Assembly: GCA_017516345.1 (NCBI GenBank) | Contig: JAFXDC010000026.1 | Span: 2,334-66,333, forward strand | Length of the DNA stretch: 64,000 nt | Origin: Clostridia bacterium | Lineage (GTDB): Bacteria > Bacillota > Clostridia > Christensenellales > QALW01 | Direction of reading: 5' to 3' | Shown here: positions 9,485 to 17,947 of the stretch, one piece after another | Numbering within the stretch: position 1 is the first letter of the stretch | How the letters are laid out: each line of letters begins with the position of its first letter | Position numbers and translations under genes: made by a program | Notes under the pieces: generated by a model | The model's database searches: none | What the model saw: only the letters and a program-made list of their open reading frames with translations | What the model was told of the DNA's origin: nothing

Positions 9485-10087
9485 ATGCCCTGGAGTATAA
9501 CCGTGTGTTGCATCAGCATCCTGCTTGTCCTTTCCCGACTTTGCGACCGCCTTCTGCGCGCCACAGGCACCTCCCTGTGGGGAGCCTTTCTGTTTTTATT
9601 CGCACTCTGCGTCTGCGAAATACTTCCCCCCATTCCCGTTTCACCCCTTGTGATCATTAAGCCCTACGCCACTTTTCTCCTGCTTCTCGGCAGTGCCGTT
9701 TTGCTTGCCCGCGCCTCACGAACTGCCCGAATACGCGCGCTTATAGGAGGCATAGTCCTGAGCCTATTGGCCCTTCTTATTCTGATGCTCCTTCCCCCCG
9801 AGGCATCCCCTTTGCTTATAGGCTCCCTGCCCATGGCGATCGTGGCCTTCCTTTGCGGCTATACCGCCGACGCCACAGCCGTTGCCATCATGCTCTCAAG
9901 CATCATCGCCGAGCTCAGCTACGCCTTCCTTGAGCTTCCCTACTTCGAGCTTGGCACCTCGGATTTCCTCGACGCCGCCTGCATCAGCGGATTTTTTGCC
10001 CTGATACTTTGCCGCATCTTTGCTCACTCCCCACTTGCCGACCGCCGAAGGCTCGTCGCAGACAGAGTGTCCCACCTTCCGCGTTGA
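9485..10087 (+). CDS. Polytopic membrane protein, unknown function
   Basis: RBS AAGGAG about 8 nt upstream of the ATG. 200 aa with several hydrophobic segments. Confidence 0.55.
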   Translation: MPWSITVCCISILLVLSRLCDRLLRATGTSLWGAFLFLFALCVCEILPPIPVSPLVIIKPYATFLLLLGSAVLLARASRTARIRALIGGIVLSLLALLILMLLPPEASPLLIGSLPMAIVAFLCGYTADATAVAIMLSSIIAELSYAFLELPYFELGTSDFLDAACISGFFALILCRIFAHSPLADRRRLVADRVSHLPR

Positions 10088-10092
10088 CCTGC

Positions 10093-10132
10093 CGCGACTT
10101 CCGCTGTCGCTTGCGCTCCCCTTCCGCCGCGG
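10093..10132 (+). repeat. GC-rich dispersed repeat, copy A
   Basis: CGCGACTTCCGCTGTCGCTTGCGCTCCCCTTCCGCCGCGG. Near-identical copy at 26310-26348 in the same orientation. Confidence 0.6.
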
Positions 10133-10190
10133 CTCCGCTCTTGCCTTTTTTAAGCGCCATCAAATCAACCGAGCGTTCCTGCCTTAAACG

Positions 10191-10216
10191 AAAAAAAGCC
10201 CGGCAAAGCCGGGCTT
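10191..10216 (-). terminator. Intrinsic terminator of the zinc-ribbon gene array
   Basis: AGCCCGGC-ttt-GCCGGGCT followed by T7 on the minus strand. Confidence 0.75.
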
Positions 10217-10229
10217 AAGTTTAACGCGA

Positions 10230-10790
10230 TTATTTATTTTCTTGAGCTGTAAATACTCCGTCTCTCTGCTTTTGAGCTATTGTATTCACCGTGACAGAGC
10301 AGGCTTCAAAGCGCTTTTTGTTTATTATGTGCAAGATCCAGGGCGCAGTACAAAAGATAAACATAATAACGCTTCTTACGCCGCTTTTATAACGCTTTTG
10401 CGCGGGCTTGATGTCACTGTAGAGACAGCCGCGCACCTTGTTTATGCTAAAAACGTTTATAAGGCTTACCACTCCCACCGCAAGCAGCATGATGCTTTCT
10501 GCCAGAAAGGTGTAGGCCGCGTCCGAGGCGGTAGCTAGCAGCATGAAGGATAAGGGCAGCATCATAAGGGATGCTATAAGGCTGTAGGCAATACCGAAAA
10601 CAAGGGACAGAGTGCGCTCAATGGTAAGGTTTTTGTTGGTAAGGGAAAGGAATGCCTGCTCCTCGGCGCTTGTTTCCGCACTCGCAGTGGGGGCGCTAAA
10701 GCCCTGCTCTATTGAGGATCTCAGCGCGCCGCATTTAAGACAGAAGGAAGCCGAAGGACTTAATTCTTCACCGCAATTGTGACAATACAT
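10230..10790 (-). CDS. Zinc-ribbon domain membrane protein (paralogue 1)
   Basis: 'MYCHNCGEEL..CLKCGA' followed by hydrophobic segments. RBS AAAAGGAGAAAA. Confidence 0.8.
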   Translation of the reverse strand: MYCHNCGEELSPSASFCLKCGALRSSIEQGFSAPTASAETSAEEQAFLSLTNKNLTIERTLSLVFGIAYSLIASLMMLPLSFMLLATASDAAYTFLAESIMLLAVGVVSLINVFSINKVRGCLYSDIKPAQKRYKSGVRSVIMFIFCTAPWILHIINKKRFEACSVTVNTIAQKQRDGVFTAQENK

Positions 10791-10818
10791 AATTTTTTCT
10801 CCTTTTATTTTTCAATGA

Positions 10819-11337
10819 TTACAGTTTGTCGCCGTTAAGCAGCTGATCGGTCACAGCCTTGTTGCTCTTTAGCATTGCAAAGCCTATGATGCGCATCACC
10901 AAGGCGATCTCGTTTGTAATGGCACATAAAACAATGCTCCAGGTGCCCGTGCAGTAGCCAAGGGCAAGCTCGACATCGCTCTTTTGAGGCTCTTTGTTAA
11001 GCTGAATGCTTAACAGCATATTATAAAAAGCGTTGTGGCGTTTTTTCGTGATGAACAGCATTATAAGGGTCAAGGGAAGGGCAAGGAACACGGCAATGGC
11101 GTTTTCCGCAAACGAGGAAGGCAGATCAGGTGCCGTTAAAAGGGCAAGAAGCGCCAGAAGCCCCACAAGCAGTAAAAGCACTATTGAATAGATCTTAAAG
11201 ATGCGATATTCCCATTTGAGCAGGTTATATATCCTCTGCAAAAAGCTCACCCTTTCCTTAAAAGGGGTGGGGACGCCGCAGCTTGGGCAGGACTCATAAC
11301 TATTGTGCAGCTCTTCCCCGCAATTGTGACAATACAT
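10819..11337 (-). CDS. Zinc-ribbon domain membrane protein (paralogue 2)
   Basis: 'MYCHNCGEEL..CPSCG' followed by TM segments. RBS AAAGGAGATAAAA. Confidence 0.8.
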   Translation of the reverse strand: MYCHNCGEELHNSYESCPSCGVPTPFKERVSFLQRIYNLLKWEYRIFKIYSIVLLLLVGLLALLALLTAPDLPSSFAENAIAVFLALPLTLIMLFITKKRHNAFYNMLLSIQLNKEPQKSDVELALGYCTGTWSIVLCAITNEIALVMRIIGFAMLKSNKAVTDQLLNGDKL

Positions 11338-11376
11338 AATTTTTTATCTCCTTTTTATTCTTTATTTTGTGAGGAT

Positions 11377-11385
11377 ATTATAGCA
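11377..11385 (-). promoter_or_regulatory. Extended -10 (TGcTATAAT) upstream of paralogue 2
   Basis: The reverse complement of attatagca is TGCTATAAT, about 40 nt upstream of the ATG at 11337. Confidence 0.5.
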
Positions 11386-11459
11386 AGGTGCAAGACAAAA
11401 ATAAATAATAAACTCGGTAAAATAAAGGATGATATTTTGTATTTTGAGTAAAATAAGGC

Positions 11460-11999
11460 TTATTGCATGGAAATGATCTCGTCAACAAGCTGTTTGTTGG
11501 ATTTCATTCTTACAAAGTTGATTATGTAAAAAATAAGGGCGTAGTTGTTGAAAATGGCGGCAAATACTATTCTGCCGATGCTTTCAAGACGATTGGCGGT
11601 TGGCGCGAAATTCTTTTCCATATTGTTTAAGTGAGGGGTTATTTTTAAGGCAGTCACAAGGTCTACGAGGCCCAACCCGATGAAAAGTCCGCCGTAGAGA
11701 AATGCATAAACAAACATGATGGAGGATGTAATGGCGTCCACACCCTCGTGCTTGCCCAAAACCAAGAACACAAGAGTGAATATCGCGCCCGCAACAAAGT
11801 AAAGTATGCTACATATCTTCCAAAGATTGCGTTCCCAACGCAGAAGCTTTTTGGTGGTGGCAAGAAATTCGGTGGCTCTGCGTGAGGGCTGTGCCTGTAC
11901 GGTGGGGATGACCTCGGGAGTGCTTTGAAGCCTTGTGCCGCAATTTGCACAGAAGACTGCCTGATCGGCTTGGGCTGAGCCGCAATTGTGACAATACAT
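11460..11999 (-). CDS. Zinc-ribbon domain membrane protein (paralogue 3)
   Basis: 'MYCHNCGSAQADQAVFCANCGT' followed by TM segments. C-terminus is 'KSNKQLVDEIISMQ'. Confidence 0.8.
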   Translation of the reverse strand: MYCHNCGSAQADQAVFCANCGTRLQSTPEVIPTVQAQPSRRATEFLATTKKLLRWERNLWKICSILYFVAGAIFTLVFLVLGKHEGVDAITSSIMFVYAFLYGGLFIGLGLVDLVTALKITPHLNNMEKNFAPTANRLESIGRIVFAAIFNNYALIFYIINFVRMKSNKQLVDEIISMQ

Positions 12000-12037
12000 G
12001 GTTTTCGTCTCCTTTTTATTATTTATTTTGTGAGGAT

Positions 12038-12046
12038 ATTATAGCA
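12038..12046 (-). promoter_or_regulatory. Extended -10 (TGcTATAAT) upstream of paralogue 3
   Basis: Duplicate of the element at 11377-11385. Confidence 0.5.
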
Positions 12047-12120
12047 AGGTGCAGGACAAAAATAAATAATAAACTAAGTAAAATAAAAGGTGATATTTTG
12101 TATTTTGAGTAAAATAAGGC

Positions 12121-12684
12121 TTATTGCATGGAAATAATCTCGTCAACAAGCTGCTTGTCTGATTTGAGTCTGGTGAAGTTGATCAGGTAGAATATCACTG
12201 CGTAGCCGTTTAACATTATGGTGTAAACTATCCTTCCCACGCTGTCAAGACGCTTTGCGGTTGGCGCAAAATTCTTTTCCATATTGTTTAGGTGAGGCGT
12301 GATCCTGGCGGCGGTCACAAGGTTTACGATGCCTGTCGCCAAAAATACCGAGCTGTAAAGGAAGTATATCAGGTACACGAGACCGCTCATCGGGTCAAGC
12401 TCGGCACCCTCGGGGCCTGTGGGCGGAGTGCCTGAGCCAAGTATAATAAGAGAGATCAGCATTAAAAACCCACCGCAAACCGTCATTATTATACCGCCTA
12501 TCTTCCAAAGGTTGCGCTCCCAATGCAGAAGCTTTTTGGTGGTGGCAAGAAATTCGGTGGCTCTGCGTGAGGGCTGTGCCTGTACGGTGGGGATGACCTC
12601 GGGAGTGCTTTGAAGCTTTGTGCCGCAATTTGCACAGAAGACTGCCTGATCGGCTTGGGCTGAGCCGCAATTTGGACAAAACAT
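12121..12684 (-). CDS. Zinc-ribbon domain membrane protein (paralogue 4)
   Basis: 'MFCPNCGSAQADQAVFCANCGT' followed by TM segments. C-terminus is 'KSDKQLVDEIISMQ'. Confidence 0.8.
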   Translation of the reverse strand: MFCPNCGSAQADQAVFCANCGTKLQSTPEVIPTVQAQPSRRATEFLATTKKLLHWERNLWKIGGIIMTVCGGFLMLISLIILGSGTPPTGPEGAELDPMSGLVYLIYFLYSSVFLATGIVNLVTAARITPHLNNMEKNFAPTAKRLDSVGRIVYTIMLNGYAVIFYLINFTRLKSDKQLVDEIISMQ

Positions 12685-12716
12685 AGTATTATCTCCTTTT
12701 CGTTTTCTTTAATTGC

Positions 12717-12725
12717 ATTATATCA
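12717..12725 (-). promoter_or_regulatory. Extended -10 (TGaTATAAT) upstream of paralogue 4
   Basis: The reverse complement of attatatca is TGATATAAT, about 35 nt upstream of the ATG at 12684. Confidence 0.45.
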
Positions 12726-12789
12726 AAACATGATCACGATAGCAAGTAAAGATTGGGCATAAGTATAAAAAATATATTAACAATACTGC

Positions 12790-12827
12790 AAAAAAAGACT
12801 TTTCCGTTTATAGAAAAGTCTTTTTTA
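12790..12827. terminator. Bidirectional terminator downstream of the GH32 gene
   Basis: aaaaaaAGACTTTTC ... GAAAAGTCTttttt. Confidence 0.75.
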
Positions 12828-12829
12828 CA

Positions 12830-14998
12830 TCATTTCTGCTTTTTATTTTTCAAGCTTATAAGAACTGCTGCTGCGGCTATTATCAGCACTGCAGCGGGGA
12901 TGACGATCCATAAGGGATCAAGGCTCGATTCGGCTCTTGCTTCAAGAAGGGCGGCAAGCTCTGCAGAGCCCTCGGGCATACAGTATTTTTGACCGCTTGT
13001 AAGAGCATTATATCTCTCAAGTGCCTGCTTGACTTCGGAGATCGGGGCATTTTTATTATCGGCAAGTGCCTTAAGCTCACCGTACAGAGAATTAAGGTTT
13101 GCCATATCCTTGGTCATACTGCTTCTGTCCATGCCGCTTAGAGTATAGACCTGCATGGAGACCACCTTGACGGCGGAGTCGCAGTAGAATTCACAGCCAT
13201 CTCCCACGTTTGAAATATAAGCGTTGCCTGTGTGACGCACCGCATCGTTAAACCATGCCTCCACCGAGTGTGTATCAAGTATGATGCGCACCTCCACCGT
13301 GCCGTCGGGCCGCCTTTCAAGGGCGGTCTCGTATTTAAAGGCATTTGCAGGATCAGTCTTTGTCTTGTCGGTGATAACCGTGCCTTTTTTTGCATCGTAG
13401 CGGACGTCGATGTATTTGCCTGCACCCTTGTGCAGAATAAAGCCGAATTCGTTTGCGGAGAGGGGGTCGATCACAGCGTGGATATCAAGCATGGAGCCCT
13501 TGACCTCGGAGAGGGGATCCTCCCCTGCGTTTATTTGGGTATCCTTAATATCAACAAGCTTATCCTCGCGCTTCTGCTCAAGCTCGGCTATGGGCTTATA
13601 GCACAGTCTGTACTCGCCGTTAATTTTGGTAAGGCTAAGCTCGGTAGGAAGGGAGAGTGTGTTGTACCACAGCTTGCCCGGATATGAGCCGAAGTCGCGT
13701 ATCCAGTTTACCTGAATGCGGCGATCAAGCTCGTCGTTATAGAAGGTCTGTGCGGCGTATGCCTCGGGGAAAAGCTCGCTTGAGCCGGGACCCCAGAGCT
13801 CTATAACGCCGTTTGTGGGCCATATCTGCTCGGTTCTCGGAGTGAAGGTCATTTTGCCCTCTTCTACTCCGAGGTCGCCGACAACGAACCATGCCCCCGA
13901 GCCCGAGAGCACCCATTCGGTCTTGCCGTCGCACTCAAGCGGGAACAGATCGGGGCATTCGGTCTGCAGAGAGTGGCGTCCGTTTACGTCGCGCACCATG
14001 GACTGATACTCCCAGCTTATAAGGTCGTGGGAGGTGAATATTACCGTCTTGTCGCCGCAGGCTATCATGACCCATATGCCGCCGTTTTCCATGCTTTCAT
14101 CCTCGTACCAGATGACCTTGGGGTCGCGAAGGCCCGAAGCATAGCGGTTATTTGTGTTGGGGATGACCACCTTATCAAGCTTTTTAAAGCTCTGTCCGTG
14201 ATCGTCCGAGTAGGCAAGGCCGATAGATGTAAGCCCAAGGTCTCCTACCCCACCATGGGTCTTTTCGCCGTAATAGGTAAAAAGGAATACCATACGGCTG
14301 TCTGCGGGGGTGGACTCATCAAACAGACCGCTTGTATTATTCTTATCAATAACGCCGCTTCCCGACCAGATGACACCGTTTTCATCAGGCACGATGGCGG
14401 GGCCTACGTACTCCCAATCAATGAGGTTACGGCTTACCGCATGTCCCCAATGCTTGGAGTCCCCCTGAACCTTGTAGTCGCAGTTGGGCAGAGGGAAGTC
14501 GCTTTGAAACATAAGGTGATATATTCCCGTGGTCTTATCGTAAATAAGTCCGTTAGGGTCGTTTATGGAGAACATTTCATTAGAGTAGTGGAGCTGTTGA
14601 CGGAATGTGTCGTTGAAGGCTTTATCGCTTGTCTGATGACGGATGATATTAATATAAACGGTATTTTCCCCGCTTGCGCCCGAAAGCTTCACGGGAATAA
14701 CGTTGAGTCCGGGGGTAAGGCTTACCTTGCCCGAAGCTTTGCCGCTATCCTGAATGCTTACGCTTACACCGTCAGGAGCGGTCGCGGACAGGTCAACGCT
14801 GTTTTCCGTGGTGCTTGCCCAATAATTGAGGGCATCCTTGGAAAAGGGGATATCAAGCTCAATTGAGCTTTCAAGGCCCGTAAGGTAGGGGATCTCGCTT
14901 ATTGCTTTAAACGCGGGCGCGCCTTCGGCAAAGATCAGGGTCGGAAAAACAGATGCGACCAAAGCCGGAATAAGAACCAATGCTAAAAGCTTTTTCAT
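12830..14998 (-). CDS. Glycoside hydrolase family 32 (beta-fructosidase/levanase-like), secreted with a C-terminal membrane anchor
   Basis: GH32 signatures 'SINDPNG', 'RDPKV' and 'TECPDLF'. N-terminal signal peptide and C-terminal hydrophobic helix followed by KNKKQK. Confidence 0.85.
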   Translation of the reverse strand: MKKLLALVLIPALVASVFPTLIFAEGAPAFKAISEIPYLTGLESSIELDIPFSKDALNYWASTTENSVDLSATAPDGVSVSIQDSGKASGKVSLTPGLNVIPVKLSGASGENTVYINIIRHQTSDKAFNDTFRQQLHYSNEMFSINDPNGLIYDKTTGIYHLMFQSDFPLPNCDYKVQGDSKHWGHAVSRNLIDWEYVGPAIVPDENGVIWSGSGVIDKNNTSGLFDESTPADSRMVFLFTYYGEKTHGGVGDLGLTSIGLAYSDDHGQSFKKLDKVVIPNTNNRYASGLRDPKVIWYEDESMENGGIWVMIACGDKTVIFTSHDLISWEYQSMVRDVNGRHSLQTECPDLFPLECDGKTEWVLSGSGAWFVVGDLGVEEGKMTFTPRTEQIWPTNGVIELWGPGSSELFPEAYAAQTFYNDELDRRIQVNWIRDFGSYPGKLWYNTLSLPTELSLTKINGEYRLCYKPIAELEQKREDKLVDIKDTQINAGEDPLSEVKGSMLDIHAVIDPLSANEFGFILHKGAGKYIDVRYDAKKGTVITDKTKTDPANAFKYETALERRPDGTVEVRIILDTHSVEAWFNDAVRHTGNAYISNVGDGCEFYCDSAVKVVSMQVYTLSGMDRSSMTKDMANLNSLYGELKALADNKNAPISEVKQALERYNALTSGQKYCMPEGSAELAALLEARAESSLDPLWIVIPAAVLIIAAAAVLISLKNKKQK

Positions 14999-15249
14999 TT
15001 GTTACCTCCGTTGATGCTGTTATACTAATTATATACTAAACTATACCCCTGGGGCAATGTCAAGCGTTATTTTTTTGATCTGAAATAAAAAAGAGGTTTG
15101 ATATTACCTCCTTTTATTGCTGTTTTTATCATATATTTATATATCAACTCAAGACCTTGATGAATAGTATATATTAAGATTTTGGGTCGGCTCAGCGTAA
15201 ATTTATTCCTTCAAAACAAACAATAATCCGCCTTAAGTGCATAAAATCC

Positions 15250-15278
15250 TTGCAAAACGTTGGCAAAAATGATATGAT
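15250..15278 (+). promoter_or_regulatory. Sigma-70-type promoter for fmdB-like/murA
   Basis: TTGCAA, 17 nt, TATGAT, with a TG at the extended -10 position. Confidence 0.5.
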
Positions 15279-15308
15279 ATATTAGAGTTTTAATGTTCGG
15301 AGGCAACT

Positions 15309-15506
15309 ATGCCCTTACTTGATTTCAAATGTTCAGACTGCGGAGAGGTGTTTGACGAGCTGGTCAGAAGCTCGGACGACACTCAAGGCGTAATATGTCC
15401 CAAATGCGGCTCAAACAAGCACGAGCGCATATATCAGGGAAAATGCTACGGCTCAAAAAGCAGCGGTTGCACTCACAACTGCGCTACCTGCTCGGGCTGT
15501 AAGTAG
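15309..15506 (+). CDS. FmdB-family zinc-ribbon protein
   Basis: 'FKCSDCGEVFDELV...CPKCGS' (CxxC..CxxC) with a Cys-rich tail. Confidence 0.8.
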   Translation: MPLLDFKCSDCGEVFDELVRSSDDTQGVICPKCGSNKHERIYQGKCYGSKSSGCTHNCATCSGCK

Positions 15507-15530
15507 TACTTAATTTTTCGGGGGTATTTC

Positions 15531-16775
15531 ATGGATCAATTTGTCATAAACGGCGGTCGCAGGCTTACGGGCTGTGTGTCGGTCAGCGGCGCAAAAAACG
15601 CAGGTCTGCCCGTTATGGCAGCTGCGGCTCTTTGCGACGACGTTTGTATAATAGACAATCTTCCTTACGTTAAGGATATTATAATTATGGCGGATCTTCT
15701 GCGCTATATGGGCGCCGAGGTCTCTCTTTCCCCAAACGGCAGGGCGGTCATCAATCCGCGCGGTCTTAAAAACGTCATTCCTCCCGAGGATATGGTGGCA
15801 AAGATGCGCGCCTCCACCTACCTTATGGGTATACTTTTAGGACGCTTCAACGAGGCGTGCGTGCCCCCGCCGGGCGGTTGCTCCATCGGCGCTCGCCCCA
15901 TAGACCAACACCTTCGCGGCTTTGAGGCATTGGGTGCACGCGTAGAGGAGGGTGCCTTCCTTACCCTTCGCGCAAGCAAGCTGGTGGGCAGTAACGTTTA
16001 TCTTGAGGCAAGCGTGGGAGCCACCATCAACATCATCCTTGCCGCAGTAAAGGCAGAGGGTGTAACCGTGATCCACGGCTGTGCCAAGGAGCCCCACGTG
16101 GTGGACGTTGCCAACTTCCTTAACAATATGGGTGCAAGCATACGCGGCGCGGGAACCGACACCATCCGCATACGCGGCGTACAGACCCTGCGCTCCACAA
16201 GCTACACCATCATCCCCGACCAGATAGAAACCGGAACCTGGATGATAATGGCAGCCGCCACCAAGGGCGATATAGTAATCGAAAACTGTATCCCTCCCCA
16301 CATGGAGGTGGTCTCTGCCAAGCTTCGCAAGACAGGTGCAGAGGTCATCGAGGGAGACGATTTTCTTCGCGTTCGCGCAAGCGGCAGACTTAACGCAACC
16401 AATATCCGCACCATGGTGTATCCGGGCTTCCCTACCGACCTGCAGCAGCCAATGAGCGCCATGCTCACCTGCGCAAACGGCAGAAGCATCATCACCGAGA
16501 CCATCTACGAGCAAAGATACCGCCACCTTGAGGAAATGCGCAGAATGGGTGCAAAGGTACAGGTAGAGGACCGCGTGGCCTTTGTCGACGGCGTAGAGAG
16601 ACTCTACGGCAGGACAGTGGAGGCAAGCGACCTTCGTGCGGGCGCGGCTCTAATAGTAGCAGGCCTTATGGCAGAGGGCACCACCACCATCAGCGGAGTC
16701 AAATACATAGACCGCGGATATGAGCGCATTGAGGATAAGCTCACAAGCGTCGGCGCCGATATCAAACGCATCTAA
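15531..16775 (+). CDS. murA: UDP-N-acetylglucosamine 1-carboxyvinyltransferase
   Basis: Typical MurA N-terminus 'VINGGRRLTGCVSVSGAKNA' and active-site Cys context 'PGGCSIGARPID'. 414 aa. Confidence 0.92.
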   Translation: MDQFVINGGRRLTGCVSVSGAKNAGLPVMAAAALCDDVCIIDNLPYVKDIIIMADLLRYMGAEVSLSPNGRAVINPRGLKNVIPPEDMVAKMRASTYLMGILLGRFNEACVPPPGGCSIGARPIDQHLRGFEALGARVEEGAFLTLRASKLVGSNVYLEASVGATINIILAAVKAEGVTVIHGCAKEPHVVDVANFLNNMGASIRGAGTDTIRIRGVQTLRSTSYTIIPDQIETGTWMIMAAATKGDIVIENCIPPHMEVVSAKLRKTGAEVIEGDDFLRVRASGRLNATNIRTMVYPGFPTDLQQPMSAMLTCANGRSIITETIYEQRYRHLEEMRRMGAKVQVEDRVAFVDGVERLYGRTVEASDLRAGAALIVAGLMAEGTTTISGVKYIDRGYERIEDKLTSVGADIKRI

Positions 16776-16777
16776 AG

Positions 16778-16811
16778 AAAAAAGGGACTGTCTTGTAACA
16801 GTCCCTTTTAA
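16778..16811. terminator. Bidirectional terminator
   Basis: aaaaAGGGACTGT-cttgta-ACAGTCCCTtttaaa between convergent genes. Confidence 0.8.
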
Positions 16812-16821
16812 ATTATTAGTC

Positions 16822-17655
16822 TTACCAGAAAATTATCTCGTCAAGCGGTACGCCGCTGTTGTATTTTTCAAGAAGTCCGGTAAAGTATGAGGTGTCGGTA
16901 GTATAATAGTTTATTGCTCCATAATTGTTATAATTGCCAAACAAATAATCAATGCGTCTAAGCTGCTCAATCTGCTTATTTGCTCCCTCAACGTCCTGCG
17001 CTACTACCCAATCCTCGGTCACCTTTATAACAAAATCACACCATGCAACGGCATTTATTTCTCTTCTTATGTCCTCGGGCAGGGCAGTTTCCATAAATTC
17101 GGGATCATCAAGAAAATAGAATTTTCTTTCAAAGCGTGCGCTTGTTGCCCGATATAACAGCTCATCGCGAAGAACCTCTACAAGATCCTGCTCAACAGCA
17201 ATGGCGTTGGCATACAAACGATATTTCTCGCTCTTACGAAAATTATCCACGTCCTTTTCGAGTTCGTCCCAGTTTGCGGGTTCTTTGGCTTCATCGAAAA
17301 GCTTCCGATAATATCGCTCTTGTTCTCTTGCCTGCTCATAGGTGAGCTCCTTAATATCGTCGGGAGTAGCGTTATAGTCTCGAATTTCCATTTCGGTCAT
17401 ATTCTTTCTTGAAAGCACGTCAAGTAATATCTTTTCCGCCTTGCTTCCGGGCTTTGCCTGAGGCTTTATGTCGTATTCATCTATGCTTTTAAAGGTGATA
17501 GGAGCTTCTTCGGGCTGTGGAGTAACGGTATTTTCCGCAACGGCATCCTGATTATTTATGCCGTCCGAAACTGCGAACACAACCAAAACACTGCATGAAA
17601 GTATTAAAACTGCCAAAGCAATGCCCAAAAACGTTTTTCTTGTTTTGTTTGTCAT
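16822..17655 (-). CDS. Hypothetical secreted or membrane-anchored protein (277 aa)
   Basis: N-terminal signal anchor 'FLGIALAVLILSCSVLVVFA'. No family recognised. Confidence 0.6.
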   Translation of the reverse strand: MTNKTRKTFLGIALAVLILSCSVLVVFAVSDGINNQDAVAENTVTPQPEEAPITFKSIDEYDIKPQAKPGSKAEKILLDVLSRKNMTEMEIRDYNATPDDIKELTYEQAREQERYYRKLFDEAKEPANWDELEKDVDNFRKSEKYRLYANAIAVEQDLVEVLRDELLYRATSARFERKFYFLDDPEFMETALPEDIRREINAVAWCDFVIKVTEDWVVAQDVEGANKQIEQLRRIDYLFGNYNNYGAINYYTTDTSYFTGLLEKYNSGVPLDEIIFW

Positions 17656-17899
17656 AATTATGCCCTCCTTAATTCATTATGTATTACTGATCTTCACCAC
17701 AACTATAAATTCATGTATGCCTACATCTCTTAAAATGATCCTTTTTTAAATTAAATAGCAGATCAACTTAATATGCTATTTGTTCACCTATATTATAATA
17801 TATTAAAAATACCCATGTCAATAGGGCAAATGCGGAATAGTTGTAAAATAGTTGTAAAATCTTAAGCATACGAGCCGTAAAATTATCAATATAAAACAG

Positions 17900-17941
17900 A
17901 TCAGCGTGACACTCGGTTAAGAATATCACGCTGATTTTTTC
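17900..17941. terminator. Stem-loop terminator downstream of the 913-aa lipoprotein gene
   Basis: ATCAGCGTGA ... TCACGCTGAT, flanked by A and T runs. Confidence 0.6.
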
Positions 17942-17947
17942 TTCTGT

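Larger units (their letters stand above)
11338..12684 (-). repeat. Tandem duplication of two ~661/685-bp units, each a promoter/leader plus a zinc-ribbon gene
   Basis: 11346 onward is almost identical to 12007 onward (offset 661), through the leader and the C-terminal and N-terminal coding parts. The central coding part is diverged. Confidence 0.85.

Noticed and set aside
13973-14866. 297-aa plus-strand ORF inside the GH32 gene. Similar antisense ORFs lie at 15837-16526, 34127-35053, 37106-38065, 43092-43886, 44660-45274, 49076-49807 and 61887-62996.
   Set aside because: Each is antisense to a gene with clear family motifs. They lack RBS and recognisable domains, so they are treated as spurious.
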